From Amoebophrya sp. A120 (Eukaryota; Protista; Dinoflagellata): a stretch of 64,000 bases of DNA. The position numbers were made by a program, and so were the translations under genes. This document shows, piece by piece, positions 26,333 through 38,400 of the stretch. Location of the stretch: the NCBI GenBank assembly GCA_905178155.1, contig CAJINV010000009.1:1547907-1611906 (forward strand), read 5' to 3'. Below the pieces are notes generated by a model. It searched no databases and was not told the origin of the DNA. It saw only the letters and a list, made by a program, of their open reading frames with translations. Position 1 is the stretch's first letter. The number at the start of each line of letters is the position of its first letter.

Positions 26333-27409
26333 CAGTAATAAATGTTTCATAGTAAACTGCTCGGTCAATTTTTATTCCCAGGTGAATAGACTAGAAGCTT
26401 TTTTGTAACATTCCTCACATCACGATCACTGAGCCCGAGTAGCCACGCAATAAAAGTTGGCTCTTCATCGAGTCGCTTTACTGCCTGGTTCTGTAATTGT
26501 AATTTTTTGGTTTGTGCTACTTCATGTCAATCTTTTTTTGCAAACGCAAACCCCAACTCATAACTAACACTAGCCCCATGAAAGAGCCAAGGAGAATGTT
26601 ACGCTACAACTCGTCGTGGTCGTTTCTTTCCTTCCACAAGTACAATACTGCGAGATGGAAAAAATGACGTTGCACCGATCGCTAGCACGAAAAAAATGAT
26701 CATATGTACGAGCGCATTGTAGTTGAGTTTTCGAGATGGAGGAAGGAAAAACAAAATGCTCATACATAGAAAGTGGCGTTCTTAATACGTTCCTTGACTG
26801 CTAAACTTGAAAAACTCCCTGATTCGCGTTGGCACCGCGCATCTGCATCGATTTTTTTTGTTTTTGCGCCCTTAGTTTTTCGAAAATGTTGTGACGATCT
26901 AAATTCTTGACAAATCGTTTGAGCTGTTTTCGAAGCTGGAAGAATGTTCACCCAGCTGACATAAATCAGTAGTATCCTGACACGCGGGAGACTGGTGTGA
27001 TCAACTTTAGCTGACGGAGCGATCTGGAAATCTCTCTTCATCGATCTATAGGCGATCCGGTATATGACCCAGTCGAAACGGTACTAGATAGATTGATAGA
27101 TGCCGCCGTTTGTCACCTCTTGATTTGATACGGAACAAAATGAACGCATGCATTAGGCGAGAAGCTGGTTTGGCATATAATAAAGGTAACCGGATCCTGA
27201 ACCTGCTGGTCGACGAGAAAATTTCATTATTTATTTATAGGAACACCAACACGGTGAAGAGTCTTTTCAAAAAGTGAAAAGCTTCGAAAATGTTGACGCT
27301 GCGATTGCCGTGGGTGCAAGGCGTTCCGGTTTGTTTTTCTTCCTCCTGATCATGCGTTTCGACGACAAAGGCACGCGGCTTCTCGGCAAGTAAGTCCTTT
27401 AGTTGTGGG

Positions 27410-29826
27410 GTGCCAAAAAGAGCTTACACCAAAATGGACCAAGTGGACATCAACGGAGCGCGAAGGACCGGAGGACGTGTCCCACGCCCTAACATCCTTC
27501 CTGGGGACATCTGCAAGGCAGATGGAAAGTTCTGGGTCCTCGCCTGCCGTGCCTATAGAGGGGTGCAGACACATGCCCTTGTTCGTCAACGAGTCCTAGT
27601 CAGGCTGAATCATCAATCTAGTATCACTTCTCCAGAAGACGATAGAGATGTAGGATCGTCTCTAGCTGGCCCCGTCAACTTGGAGATCCGCGCGATGGCA
27701 CCGCGCTTTGCAATACGAAAGCAGAGAAATGGAACGAGAAGACAGTGGTATCGGCGTCTACAAACGCCTCTGAACTACGTCATATCTGACAAACAGACGC
27801 GTGACAAAATCGCCATTGCTATGAAAGCCAAGGCGCTGCATAGTTTTTGCCAGAAGAACTTGGATGCAATTTGGAAGGAGCTGCTTGACCGCGGACTTGT
27901 AACCGACGAGATGAGCTACGAAACGATCCAAAGCAGCACACCAAGAGCTTGGTCGACCCCGATTCCGGGGATGTTGCTGGTGGCCCCTCAAAAGTCATCA
28001 TAGGCAACAACGAGGACGATGAGGATCGACCAGATTTCGGAATTGACACGGATAAAGGGGGCACTGGCTTCTTTTGGCAACTCTCGGAGGAGGCGCTTCG
28101 CAACGAATTTGATATTCGCCCCAAGAATTCCGCTAAAGTCGTCGCGGACATGGACGCGGTTCTAGGCCAAGTGGAAGGCGAAGGGGACAGCTCCGATAAC
28201 GACGACGCGTCTACCGATGAAGAAGATTATACCGGAGAAAAAACCATGCGCAAGCGAATCTACCAAGGCGACTTGGTCCGCGCTGACAACGGTTTCTGGC
28301 TGACGCTGTTCAACGTCTACGAGACCAAAGCGCACGTCCCGGCGAAGAAAGTTGTGCGTCGCGTGCTGATCCGACTTTCTCAAAACCCAACCAAAAAGGG
28401 GAAACTCACTAGCGGGCTTGACATTGAAGTGCGAACCATGAAAACTCGTTTCCAGGGCGGCAAGCGCACGAACGCAAGGCGCCACGTTGGCTTGCAAGAG
28501 CACTTGGAAGAGGTCGCGCCCAACCCTGAACTTCGGCAAAAAATCGCGGACGCGATGCGTGCGGAGAAACTGCGGGACTTTGCAAGTAGCAAAACTCTCC
28601 AGAAGCGAATTTGGAACCGTTTGCTGGAAAACGGCGACATATCGAGTTCGATGGGAACTGAAAAACTGAAGGGACGTCACGAAGTAGAGGGTGCAGAGCA
28701 CGAAGAAATGGTAGGAGTACAACAGGATGACGATTTGGACGACGCTGCGCAAGCTGATGCCAGCAAGCGGCAAAATGGCGGTGAGAAAAAGCAAGAGCCA
28801 GCAAAAGCGGCAATAAAAGCAGATGCCGGTGGGACGGGCTTTTTTCTGGACCTGTCAGCAACAGACCTGGAAGAAAATTTTGATTTGAAAGAGTCCTCTT
28901 CAAAAGCCATGGTGAAGGAGATTGCGGCAGCGCTGCGTGAGTCAAAAAAGAAAGCGAGTAGCAAAGTTGCAGCTTCAGCAGTGAAAGAGACGAACGCGAA
29001 TCATGCTAAGCGCAAGCCCAGCCTCGATCTTGAGCTCGACATCCCAGGATTGGAAAGCGACGACGAGGAAAACAAGCAGGCAAAGACGGTGTCTTTGCAA
29101 GTGGGGGCAAGCGGAGCAGATTTTGACGTCATTGATTCAGGTAAGAACGCATCCAGTTCATCCACCATGAGTGTCGATTTGACGAATCACACGAACTTGT
29201 CGCACCCGACACCTACTAGCTCTTCCAAGACATCAGTTCGGAGCACTGCCACCGCGTCGAGTGCGCCCAGTGACAAGCCTAAAAGCATCTCTTCCGGTGG
29301 TGCCGTCCCGTCCTCTTCTTCCGCACTGGAGCCGCGGTCGAACCTTCCTACTTCCAGCGCTTTCCACTCCAAGAAGCGAGGCAGGAGTCCAGCGGAAGGG
29401 ACCCAGCAGCCCGTTTCCGCCTCCGCCGGCAACGACGCTAAGGATTCTGAGCCCGACCGTCTGCAAAAACTAAGTTTGTTCGAGAAAAGCACCCGTCAGC
29501 GGATGCACGTGCGTGCCTATTTCGACTACGAGACCGATCCAGTGAAAACGCCGAAGAAGGAGGGAAAGCATAGGGAACCAGCGACTTTTTTCTGGTTCAT
29601 GTTTGACCATCCGCTTAAGGACACACTGTTGTGTCGTGGAACGGTGAAGAAGGACCTGCTCTCTCCTAGCACGCTGGAACGAATTTCGCAGGGACAAGCT
29701 GTTGATCTGCAGGTAGTCCCGTGGATCGACGAGACAAGGAAAAAAGCGTCCTCCATCAAATTGGCGTCTCGTTATGCGAAAAATGATACGTACAGGTTGC
29801 GTGAGATAGGGAGTGCGAAGAGCTAA
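27410..29826 (+). CDS. Orphan protein with two tandem copies of a ~200-aa module, ~805 aa; needs one extra base near 27930
   Basis: Copy 1 (ILPGDICKADGKFW..RVLVRL..LEIRAM..RDKIAIAMKA..IWKELLDRG..DKGGTGFFWQLS) vs copy 2 (IYQGDLVRADNGFW..RVLIRL..IEVRTM..RQKIADAMRA..IWNRLLENG..DAGGTGFFLDLS). Copy 1 is split between two frames. Confidence 0.75.
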
Positions 29827-30363
29827 AAAACTACATCTTAATATTACCCGCCCCATCAGCATTGACAAAGAAAAGCGACCGAGTTAGAAATATCGAAACG
29901 TTCCAAACTGACACTCACATCACATTGAGTACCGCTATGTACATGTATCAATACGGCACAAATACAACACCTGCGACAGTGCACGACGCTAAATGGGGCA
30001 GCTTCATCATGCTGTGTTCGCGATGCCGAAGCATGATCTTTCACTTTGCTGTCTTGGGCTAAACGAACAAATAAGATCGTTGTGCTGGTGTACCAGTTCC
30101 ATTTTTGCTCGATTCTTTCCTTCTTGGTAACTACGGATCCGCACAATGATAGAGTGGATGCCTCTCTCTGGTGGTTTTCTTTGTTTTTCGTGTGTGGTTC
30201 TCTAGTGTCTTCTTCTGAGAATGATCAGATTCCACCAAACGTCTGTCTGTTTTTCTGTTTTTTTCTGAAAAGATCCGAAATCATCGCTGGATGTTTGCAT
30301 CGAGAAACCAGCTCGCCTTCGCCAAGTATCTACATCGGTAAATTTCGACAAGTAGCGAGAAAA

Positions 30364-32709
30364 ATGCGCTCCGTGCCATCCGCCCATGCGAAGCTGCTCC
30401 AACTTCCCGCACGATTCACGGCCACTTTGGAGCCGCCGAGAAACGCGGATGAGTTGATCCGGGTTCTACGCCAGGTCTATGCGTACTCGCAGCGAGGTTC
30501 GCAAATCAATGCCTTCTTCAAGCAAACCAGCAAGCAGCGCTGGCGCTTGGACCGGGTCACGGCAAACGCGTACGAGTCTAGTACAAGCTTGGCGCCGACC
30601 ACCGGCTTTTCGAAGAGAAAGCGGGGAGAAACCTTTGGACGGAATGGAGCCAACGGAGAGGATGTGATGCAAGCCAGTAGCATCACGACGACCGAAGTGG
30701 AGGAAGAAGCGGGCCCGGCAGGAGGTGCAAGAAGAGGTCATCAAAACTCTAGCGGTAGCGACTCTTTGTCGCCCGACGCCGAGCAGGCATTTCGCTCGGG
30801 AAAAAATGGCGCAAGCTCGTCTACGACGAGCGTAGAGCAGGTCAACATTTCTAGCTCCAGCAGTTCGTCGACGCATCCTGACAATGCTGAAACTATCACC
30901 GCGAATCGACCGAAGCAGAAACCTGCTTACGCCAATAGTCGCGTCCACTGGCTGGACCAGGAAACCACGCTGCTGAAGCAGCTCACGGCGACCTTCTTCG
31001 AGACCTGCGAGAAATACTACCCGCCCCAAGTCCTGGAGGTGCTGCACTTGTTCAACGAGATTGAGTATTCAGACCTGAACCTGCAGCGGGCGGCGGTCGG
31101 TCGGATTGATGACTTGCTGCTCCTGCCGACACCAAGAAGGATTTTGCAGCTCACTGTTTTTTTCAGCAAAGCCAGAATACCGGTGGAGCACTGGTGGGAC
31201 GCGAAATTAGGGCCTCTCGTCGAGGAAAATCTGCAGCACTTCACGCACGGGATCCCCAATTTGTTGGATGCGTTGCTGTTCGTAAGGGACCAAACACAGG
31301 CTTCCAGCGATAGACAAACACAAGCCGACGCGCAGACCGGAACTGAAAAGGACACTATGCCGGATGAAGAGAATAGTCTAGAGCTGATCATAGACGGGCT
31401 AGCGACGCAGCTGTTGCTCGTGAAGCAATCAAACACAATCAAGCCTTGCGTTTTCGCCCGTGGATTCGAGCGTCTGTCGGTTTTCGGCTACGATTACCCG
31501 GAATTGAAGGCAGAGGCAACGAAGATGCTGCGGAGTGGTTCTTCCGAAACCAATGCGAATACAGATCATTTTGACGACGGTAGTTCTGCTGTCGACGACT
31601 TTTCGGATATCGAAGACGAAAACGAAGACATTTTCGAATCAAGTTTCGGAAAGTCAAAACCGGGCAAGGCAGTGAATTCGAGCGGAGCCGACACAACTCC
31701 CGCCGGCATCGCCACACGGACCAATCTGGTCGCGGGGTTGCAGCGGTACAGTTCCAGCAGTTCAAGTCGAGGAAAAAGCACTGACTTTTTGGATGACATT
31801 GCCTCTCTCGACCTGGAGATCGCGGTGAGGCGGGGGCTCGTGTGTTCCGAAAGGCAGTTGGATCACTTTCTCAACAACACAGAGCAGCTGCTGTCCGATG
31901 CAACTTTTCTTTGGCGCCGATTCCCGCAGCAAGTAAATTTGCTAGCGAGACTCTGTTTGAATAAACGCGACTCAGCACAGTCCTCCGCACTCGCCGATCT
32001 GCGCGCAAACTTCATTCTGACAGCGATGGAGACTCATCTGCTCGACAGAGATTACGACAGCGCCACGTCGGACACCAACGCAAACGAGGCATTACTGGAA
32101 GCGAGCGCGCTGATGCGGAAATACAGTCCGCGGCAGCTGGTCGATTTGCTGGAAACGGTGGCACTGCTGACAACCGACCGTGCTCCGGCAGGAAAATCAG
32201 TATCGACACCGACAAAAACAGAGCGGAGCCCACAACCTGAAGCGCAGTTGATCTCTCTACTTCTCCCCTTTTTGCCACAGTTAGATTTGAGGGCAAAGCG
32301 CCGGCTGTACCGGCTGTGCTGTTGCTGTAGCTTTAGCAACTCGGAGGTAGAGGCTAAGCGAACCCCCGATTATGCACCAGCAGAAGTCACGAATTCGCAA
32401 CAAACGCAAGCACTCTGGCGGAAACTGACCCTAACGCTGCTGACCCGACACGGTGAACCGCCGGCGTTGCCCGTCTACAAGGTGGAGCCTAAAAATGGCA
32501 GTGAGAGCACAAGAACTACAGTCGTTGCGGGAGAGGTTGTCTTTCCCCTCTCCCCGCAGCGCGGTGCTGGGAATGATTCTCGAATGAACTCTTGCCTCCG
32601 TCCTTTGTCACACTTGGATGTCGATACACGAGGAAACTTCACACCAATTTTCTCTCTCCAGCAAATTGCATGGAAACAGCAAGCCTGGAATGTCCGACAT
32701 GATCCATAG
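30364..32709 (+). CDS. Helical-repeat protein, possibly an HPR/RAP-type organellar RNA-binding protein
   Basis: Long ORF, basic N-terminus, degenerate repeats such as YYPPQVLEVLHLFNEIEYSDLNL, PTPRRILQLTVFFSKARIP and YSPRQLVDLLETVALL. Confidence 0.55.
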   Translation: MRSVPSAHAKLLQLPARFTATLEPPRNADELIRVLRQVYAYSQRGSQINAFFKQTSKQRWRLDRVTANAYESSTSLAPTTGFSKRKRGETFGRNGANGEDVMQASSITTTEVEEEAGPAGGARRGHQNSSGSDSLSPDAEQAFRSGKNGASSSTTSVEQVNISSSSSSSTHPDNAETITANRPKQKPAYANSRVHWLDQETTLLKQLTATFFETCEKYYPPQVLEVLHLFNEIEYSDLNLQRAAVGRIDDLLLLPTPRRILQLTVFFSKARIPVEHWWDAKLGPLVEENLQHFTHGIPNLLDALLFVRDQTQASSDRQTQADAQTGTEKDTMPDEENSLELIIDGLATQLLLVKQSNTIKPCVFARGFERLSVFGYDYPELKAEATKMLRSGSSETNANTDHFDDGSSAVDDFSDIEDENEDIFESSFGKSKPGKAVNSSGADTTPAGIATRTNLVAGLQRYSSSSSSRGKSTDFLDDIASLDLEIAVRRGLVCSERQLDHFLNNTEQLLSDATFLWRRFPQQVNLLARLCLNKRDSAQSSALADLRANFILTAMETHLLDRDYDSATSDTNANEALLEASALMRKYSPRQLVDLLETVALLTTDRAPAGKSVSTPTKTERSPQPEAQLISLLLPFLPQLDLRAKRRLYRLCCCCSFSNSEVEAKRTPDYAPAEVTNSQQTQALWRKLTLTLLTRHGEPPALPVYKVEPKNGSESTRTTVVAGEVVFPLSPQRGAGNDSRMNSCLRPLSHLDVDTRGNFTPIFSLQQIAWKQQAWNVRHDP

Positions 32710-33165
32710 AACGCGAGCCGAATCAACGATAAATGAAGGCAAGATCATCAGGCACCGCAACAAAGAAATATTGCGGTACGAACGCAAGAAAGGGCTGAAA
32801 AAATCAACAGCAACAATCTTTGCCATGTTCAGAAGATTCCAGGAAAAAATCTTGGAGATCAAAAGCCAAGTGCAAGAATCCACATCCACGCCATAGTTCA
32901 CTTGTTCCTGAAAATGTAGCCTGGCGGAGAATTTTTTTTTCCACAAGAAGGAGAATCGACACGCTAATGTATTGCTTTTCACGATCCCATCTCTCACCGA
33001 ACAAGTTTCTCAGGCTCGATAACAGTTCGCTAACGCATTAGAATTGGCTCTATTTTTTCATCCAAATGCTGTGACTAGACGACATTCAAGCGCTGCACTG
33101 CGTTCGACTTCGACATCATCCAATAACGATTTGTTGGTTCCTCTCAGCTCGTAAAAGTAAAAATC

Positions 33166-34593
33166 ATGTCTCTTCTTACCGACGCTGACGAGAAAACACC
33201 TGCAATGCGGGAGCAGGTGACTAAACCGAGCGCAGCCCCCTCTCTCGAACAGGACGCATCGGAAACTGCGTCCCGGGCCGGAGGCTCTGGCGCCGAGACA
33301 AAAAGCGACACCGAAGTAGATGTTGGAGTTACGGAAAATGAAACTGCGGGAAATAAAAGCAACCCCTGCGTCCTCATGGAGGACATCCTGCAGATGTATG
33401 GCGGGTTGGACGAGAAAACCAACGAATTCAAGAACGATTTCGTGTTCCTCGCCGACGACAAACAGCTCTGGAACGCAAGTGTGGTCTTGCTCCGCTACTT
33501 GCAGAAGCAGTATCCAGAATCCTCCTGGAAAGGCAAGAAGATCCTGGAGCTCGGGTCCGGACTCGGCCACCTCGCGTTCGCCTTGGCCCAGCTCGGAGCA
33601 GACGTTACTTGCACGGAGCAACCGAAATGCGTACCTGTGTTACAGGATTCGCTTGACAAGCAAGCGAAGGAGACGGAAAGACGCAGAAAAATGCAGAGTG
33701 ACGACACAGTAGAGCCGGCACGTGTGCCCAAAGTCCGCACGCTCAAGTGGGGCGACGTTGCCGCTTTTGAAGAACTCTGCTCCGCGACTCAAAAGGCTCC
33801 GTCTTCAAGTAGCGACTTCGATCTTGTGATTTGCTCTGAAATCTTCTACGACGAGAATGTCCACGATGACCTAGTCGCCACGTGGCGGCTCATCGCCGAA
33901 AAGTTCGGGCCGACGGTGGAGTTCTATTCAATCTTCATCAACCGTCCGTTCAGCTGGAACTTTTTTGCGAAGTTGGATGACTCTGATAGTGTTGACGATG
34001 CAGACGGCGAAAGCGGTGCAAGAGGAGCTTCTTCTGTCAAATTCCACGTCGCATCAGTTCACGACGACAAAATCGACTTTCTCGGTCTCGACGACGTGCA
34101 CATGCATCACACGACGGTAGAGGTGAGGAAGGACGAGGACAAGAATAGTATCGTGAAAAGTGCACCTGACGCCACAGTGACGCCTTCCACTACGAAGGAT
34201 GACAACAGCGGAGGGCTTTTGCTGGATAGCGACGAGGACCCGAAAACCGGCGGGCAGCAACTCGCAGGCACGGAGAACGCGACAGATGAGAACAAACTAA
34301 GTCAAGAGGAAGAGGAAAAGACCGTGTGGGAGATCCTCGACGAACTCATCGGCATCGCGCCGGACAAACTCCGCATTTACGTGCAGTGCGCGTTGCTGAT
34401 TTTGGCTGGTATCGCAATTCTGTTGATCCAGCAGGCCAGCGAAGCGGGGGAGCAGCACTTGGTGTACTTGCACGGAGGGTTTTTGTTTTGCGTGGTGATG
34501 CTGTCTCTGTCAGTCGAGTTTGTGCTCGCCGAAGCAGGACGGCTGATGCGAGAGAAGGAGCTCGCTGATGAGGAAAAAAAGAAAGAAAAATGA
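33166..34593 (+). CDS. Methyltransf_16/METTL21-type SAM-dependent protein methyltransferase with C-terminal two-TM Pkr1-like domain
   Basis: LWNASVVLLRYL, motif I KILELGSGLG, VTCTE, LKWGD, FDLVICSEIFYD; two hydrophobic helices near the C-terminus. Confidence 0.85.
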   Translation: MSLLTDADEKTPAMREQVTKPSAAPSLEQDASETASRAGGSGAETKSDTEVDVGVTENETAGNKSNPCVLMEDILQMYGGLDEKTNEFKNDFVFLADDKQLWNASVVLLRYLQKQYPESSWKGKKILELGSGLGHLAFALAQLGADVTCTEQPKCVPVLQDSLDKQAKETERRRKMQSDDTVEPARVPKVRTLKWGDVAAFEELCSATQKAPSSSSDFDLVICSEIFYDENVHDDLVATWRLIAEKFGPTVEFYSIFINRPFSWNFFAKLDDSDSVDDADGESGARGASSVKFHVASVHDDKIDFLGLDDVHMHHTTVEVRKDEDKNSIVKSAPDATVTPSTTKDDNSGGLLLDSDEDPKTGGQQLAGTENATDENKLSQEEEEKTVWEILDELIGIAPDKLRIYVQCALLILAGIAILLIQQASEAGEQHLVYLHGGFLFCVVMLSLSVEFVLAEAGRLMREKELADEEKKKEK

Positions 34594-35431
34594 GAATGCT
34601 ATAGTTCGTACTTCATACGTTCTTTCACAACGGACGACATGAGCTTCTCCCTGTTCTTTGTATCATCGTCATGATTTCTTTCAAAATGAAAATTGCTACA
34701 GCTAGACTCAATGGCTCCGACTGACCTGCCCATGGTGATGCTTCCGGCTAAAAATAAAGCGGCCGTGTGTTCGCCGATTTTCTATAGACCATTGCGTCCA
34801 CGAGGGTCCTGTGTGTGTGAGTTGATAACAATCACACAGCTCCAGCAGCGCGAACGCGAGCAGACCGCGCCAGCGCCCGAGGTCGCGGGCTTTGGCCGAT
34901 CGCTTTGGCCGCTGTGCAAGCGGTTCCGCGAGGGGCTTCGCGGGAAGCCCGACAAGCCCAACGGCGGGCGCTCCGCGAAGGTGTGGCGGGCCGGGTGGTG
35001 GGGCGTGCGATGCTTGTTGCGGCGGACCGGCACGCGCAGGCGATGGAGCGCGTGGCCCGCGTGCCGAGCGAAGGGCTTTGGGAGTTTTACGAGACGCAGG
35101 CCCATGATGGAGATGTTGCGCAGCAGGCAGTAGATAGGGCGCCCGGCGATGCACATTGGCACAATTGAGCCGCGGGGGTGGGGTGTGGGAATGCAGGCGC
35201 GGCGCGGGAAGATGCGGCCGCTGCGCGGGAGGAGGCGGCGGGGGCAAAGGCACGCGGCACGTCCTGCCCCTTGCCGCAAGTAAAAAAACGCTGGCCCCCC
35301 CGCAAACGTCGCGCCCGAGCCATTTCGGCGCTAACGGCGCGGCCGCCGGTGGGCGCGCGGGGTGGCTAGGTTGGCCGGGACCGAATTCGCGGACTTCGGT
35401 GGCGCGCCGCGCCTGGAGGAGTCAGGCAGAT

Positions 35432-38400
35432 CAACGGGATCGGCCCCCAGTAGTCAGAAAAGCAAAAAAATCACAAAAGCCGGAAAATTTTCGCGCTTTT
35501 AAGCAGAGAAATTTATAGACAGGGAGTAGGGAGGACCCTGGAGGACCAGGGAGGACCAGGGAGGAGCGTTCGCGTCTATATAGAAAAAGCATCGGGCATA
35601 TTTTAAAAATGTGTTCACCGATGGCATGGCGAACTTTCAAGCCAAGGCCCCTTCAGCTTTCTGATAGCCATACCAATAACAACTGCGTGACGAAATTGAA
35701 CAGCGACGCAGTAAATTGCTGAAGTAGCCACTTCAACAGTTTGCGTTGTTGTTCAGTTTACAACTTGTCACGCAGTTGTTATGGAGGTGGCTACTTCAAT
35801 TCGCACAGGCAAACTGTTGAAGTTGCCACTTCAAAAACTTGCGCTGTGCAAATTTTTGAAGTAGTCACTTCAACAATTTGCGTTCTTGTTGTTGTTCGGC
35901 TTGGGTTTGCAACGTGTCACGCAGCTTGTGTTGAAGTGGCTACTTCAACTTCGCGGAGAGTTGAGGTAGCCATTTGAATAGCAAGCGCATGACAAATTGC
36001 CACAATAGTGACAATTTATTGAAATTGAACAAAAATTGCGAAAGTGGCCACTTCAACAATTCGGGTTCTGCGAATTGTTGAAGTGGCCATGATTTCAAAA
36101 ATTCGGGCTGTGCAAAGTGTTGAAATGGCCATTTCAACAAAACCCTAAATTGCAATTGTTGAAATGGCCATTTCAACATTTTGCACGACCCGAATTATTT
36201 CAACAATTCGCAGAACCCGAATTGTTGAAATGGCCACTTCAACACTTTGCACAACCCGAACTGTTGAAGTGGCCACTTCAACAATTCGCAGAACCCGAAT
36301 TGTTGAAATGGCCATTTCAACATTTTGCACAACCCGAATTGTTGAAGTGGCCACTTCAACAATTCGCAGAACCCGAATTGTTGAAGTGGCCATTTCAACA
36401 ATTCGCAGAACCCGAACTGTTGAAATGGCCATTTCAACACTTTGCACAACCCAAATTGTTGAAGTGGCCACTTCAACAATTTGGGTTGTGCAAATTGTTG
36501 AAATGGCTATTTCAACAATTTGCGTTGTGCAAATTGTTGAAATAATTGTGCAAAGTGTTGAAGTGGCCACTTCAGCAATTCGGGTTTTGTTGAAGTGGCC
36601 ATTTCAACATTTTGCACAACCCGAATTGCTGAAGTGGCCACTTCAACAATTCGCAGAACCCGAACTGCTGAAGTGGCCACTTTCACAATTTTTGCTCGCA
36701 CACGACGCAAATTGTTGACATAGCCACTTCAACAATTGGCGTCGTTGTCCAGCTTCAGTTTGCAACGTGTCGCGCAGCTGCTCACGACACTCTGGTGGAG
36801 AGTTGAAGTGGCCACTTCATCAAAAGCTGCGTGACAAGTTGCAAACTGAACAACAACACAGATAATTCTTGCTGCAGTGGCTATAATTTGAACGCGTTTG
36901 CGTTGTTGTTCAATTTCAACAACTGCCACTACTGTGGCAATTTGTCATGCAGTTGTTATCGAAGTGGCTACTTTTTCAACTTTCTTCCGATGGAGGACAG
37001 TTGGAGTAGCCACTTCAATAGTTTGCCCTTCATTTCTGCGCTACAGCTTGCCAATCATGATGGCAATTTGTAACGCAGAAACGAAGGACAGGAGAAAGCT
37101 CTTCGCGTTTCTTTTGTCCTTCATTTCTGCATTTGTAACGCAGAAACGAAGGAGAATAAAGCTACTGAGAGTTGAGAAAGCCACTTCAACAGCTTCGCAC
37201 TTCCTTGGCCCCTCAGCCTCATTTGTGCGCTACAGCTTGCCAGCCGTTGACTTTGGCAAGCTGCCACGCAGGCCGGCGAGCGCCATAGCCATAAAACTCA
37301 GGCGCCAAAAGTCGTGCCGCCGTGCAGTTTTCGCCGGGAGCTGGGTCCGAGGAAGGCTGGACTCCGCTCCTGGGAGCTGAATCCAGACGCGCTCTCTGTT
37401 CGTAGAGCATGGCGCAGAGCAAGGGGCGCACAAGTGGCGACCCCTGTTAGCGCAAGTTCCCCACCCACTTTCCAAAATAAAAGTTTCCAAAGCCCCAAGC
37501 ACTTGGCGCGTCTGTTGCCCGCCAGCCGGGGCGCCGTTTGTGCGTGCCGTGCCCTCGGCTGCCCAGCTCGCGCCGCGTTTGGCATTGGGAAGACACTCCG
37601 GCGCTGCGCGCCGCCGGGCCCTTTTTTTTTTTTGGAGCCGCCTGGCACTAAGTATGTACAAACACCGAAAGGGCTGCCCTTCGTGGGTCTTGCGTTTTTC
37701 GCCATGCCCAGGGGCGCCCGCTCCCTTTGTTGTGTCGGTGGCCCTTTTGGGGTCGCCAGCGCCCCTCGCGCGCGATTTTGGCAGAGCAGCGCGGGGCGGG
37801 GGCGTTGTGGCAAGGCGGGGCCCCGCGCGGTTTTTGCAGGCCAGCCTTTGGGAGGTCCCGCGAGTGAGGCCGCCCGCCACCGGGCAAAATGGCAGGCCGG
37901 CGGGGAGGCGACTTGGCCCAGGAGCCAGGATGGCAGTGGGCGCACGCAAATGCCTCCCGCTGACCTTACATACCGCGGCGCCAGTGGGTGCGTCCGTTGG
38001 TGCTGTAGGGTATTGCGGCTCTTTGGCGATCGCGGGCGAAGCAACTCGGGGGCGGGGGCTAAGGCCCCCCCTGCGCTAGCTTTTGATTGGGCCCGGGTTT
38101 TGGCCCCTGCGCCACGCACCCCGGGTGGGCCATTAGAAGTTGCCCGGGCCAGGCCCCCCCGCCGGTTTTTTGTTGCAGAGTGAAAGAACAGCCGCGCGCC
38201 GGGGGCCCGGCGCCCGCTGGCTTTTGCGCGCGAAGCCCGGAGGCTTCTTGCGGCCGGCCGCAAGCGGCAAGCGTCTCTCTGGCCTCCGCGGCCTTGTGCG
38301 TGCGCTCGGCCCAACCCGAGCGACCGCCCGCGGTCGCCCCAAGGCCCCGGCGGCTATTTCATTCGGGCGGGCTAGGGGGGTTGGTGGTGTTCCATTTCCG

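Noticed and set aside
36040-36690. CRISPR array
   Set aside because: Linkers are only ~11 bp and are themselves repeated; no cas genes; eukaryotic context.
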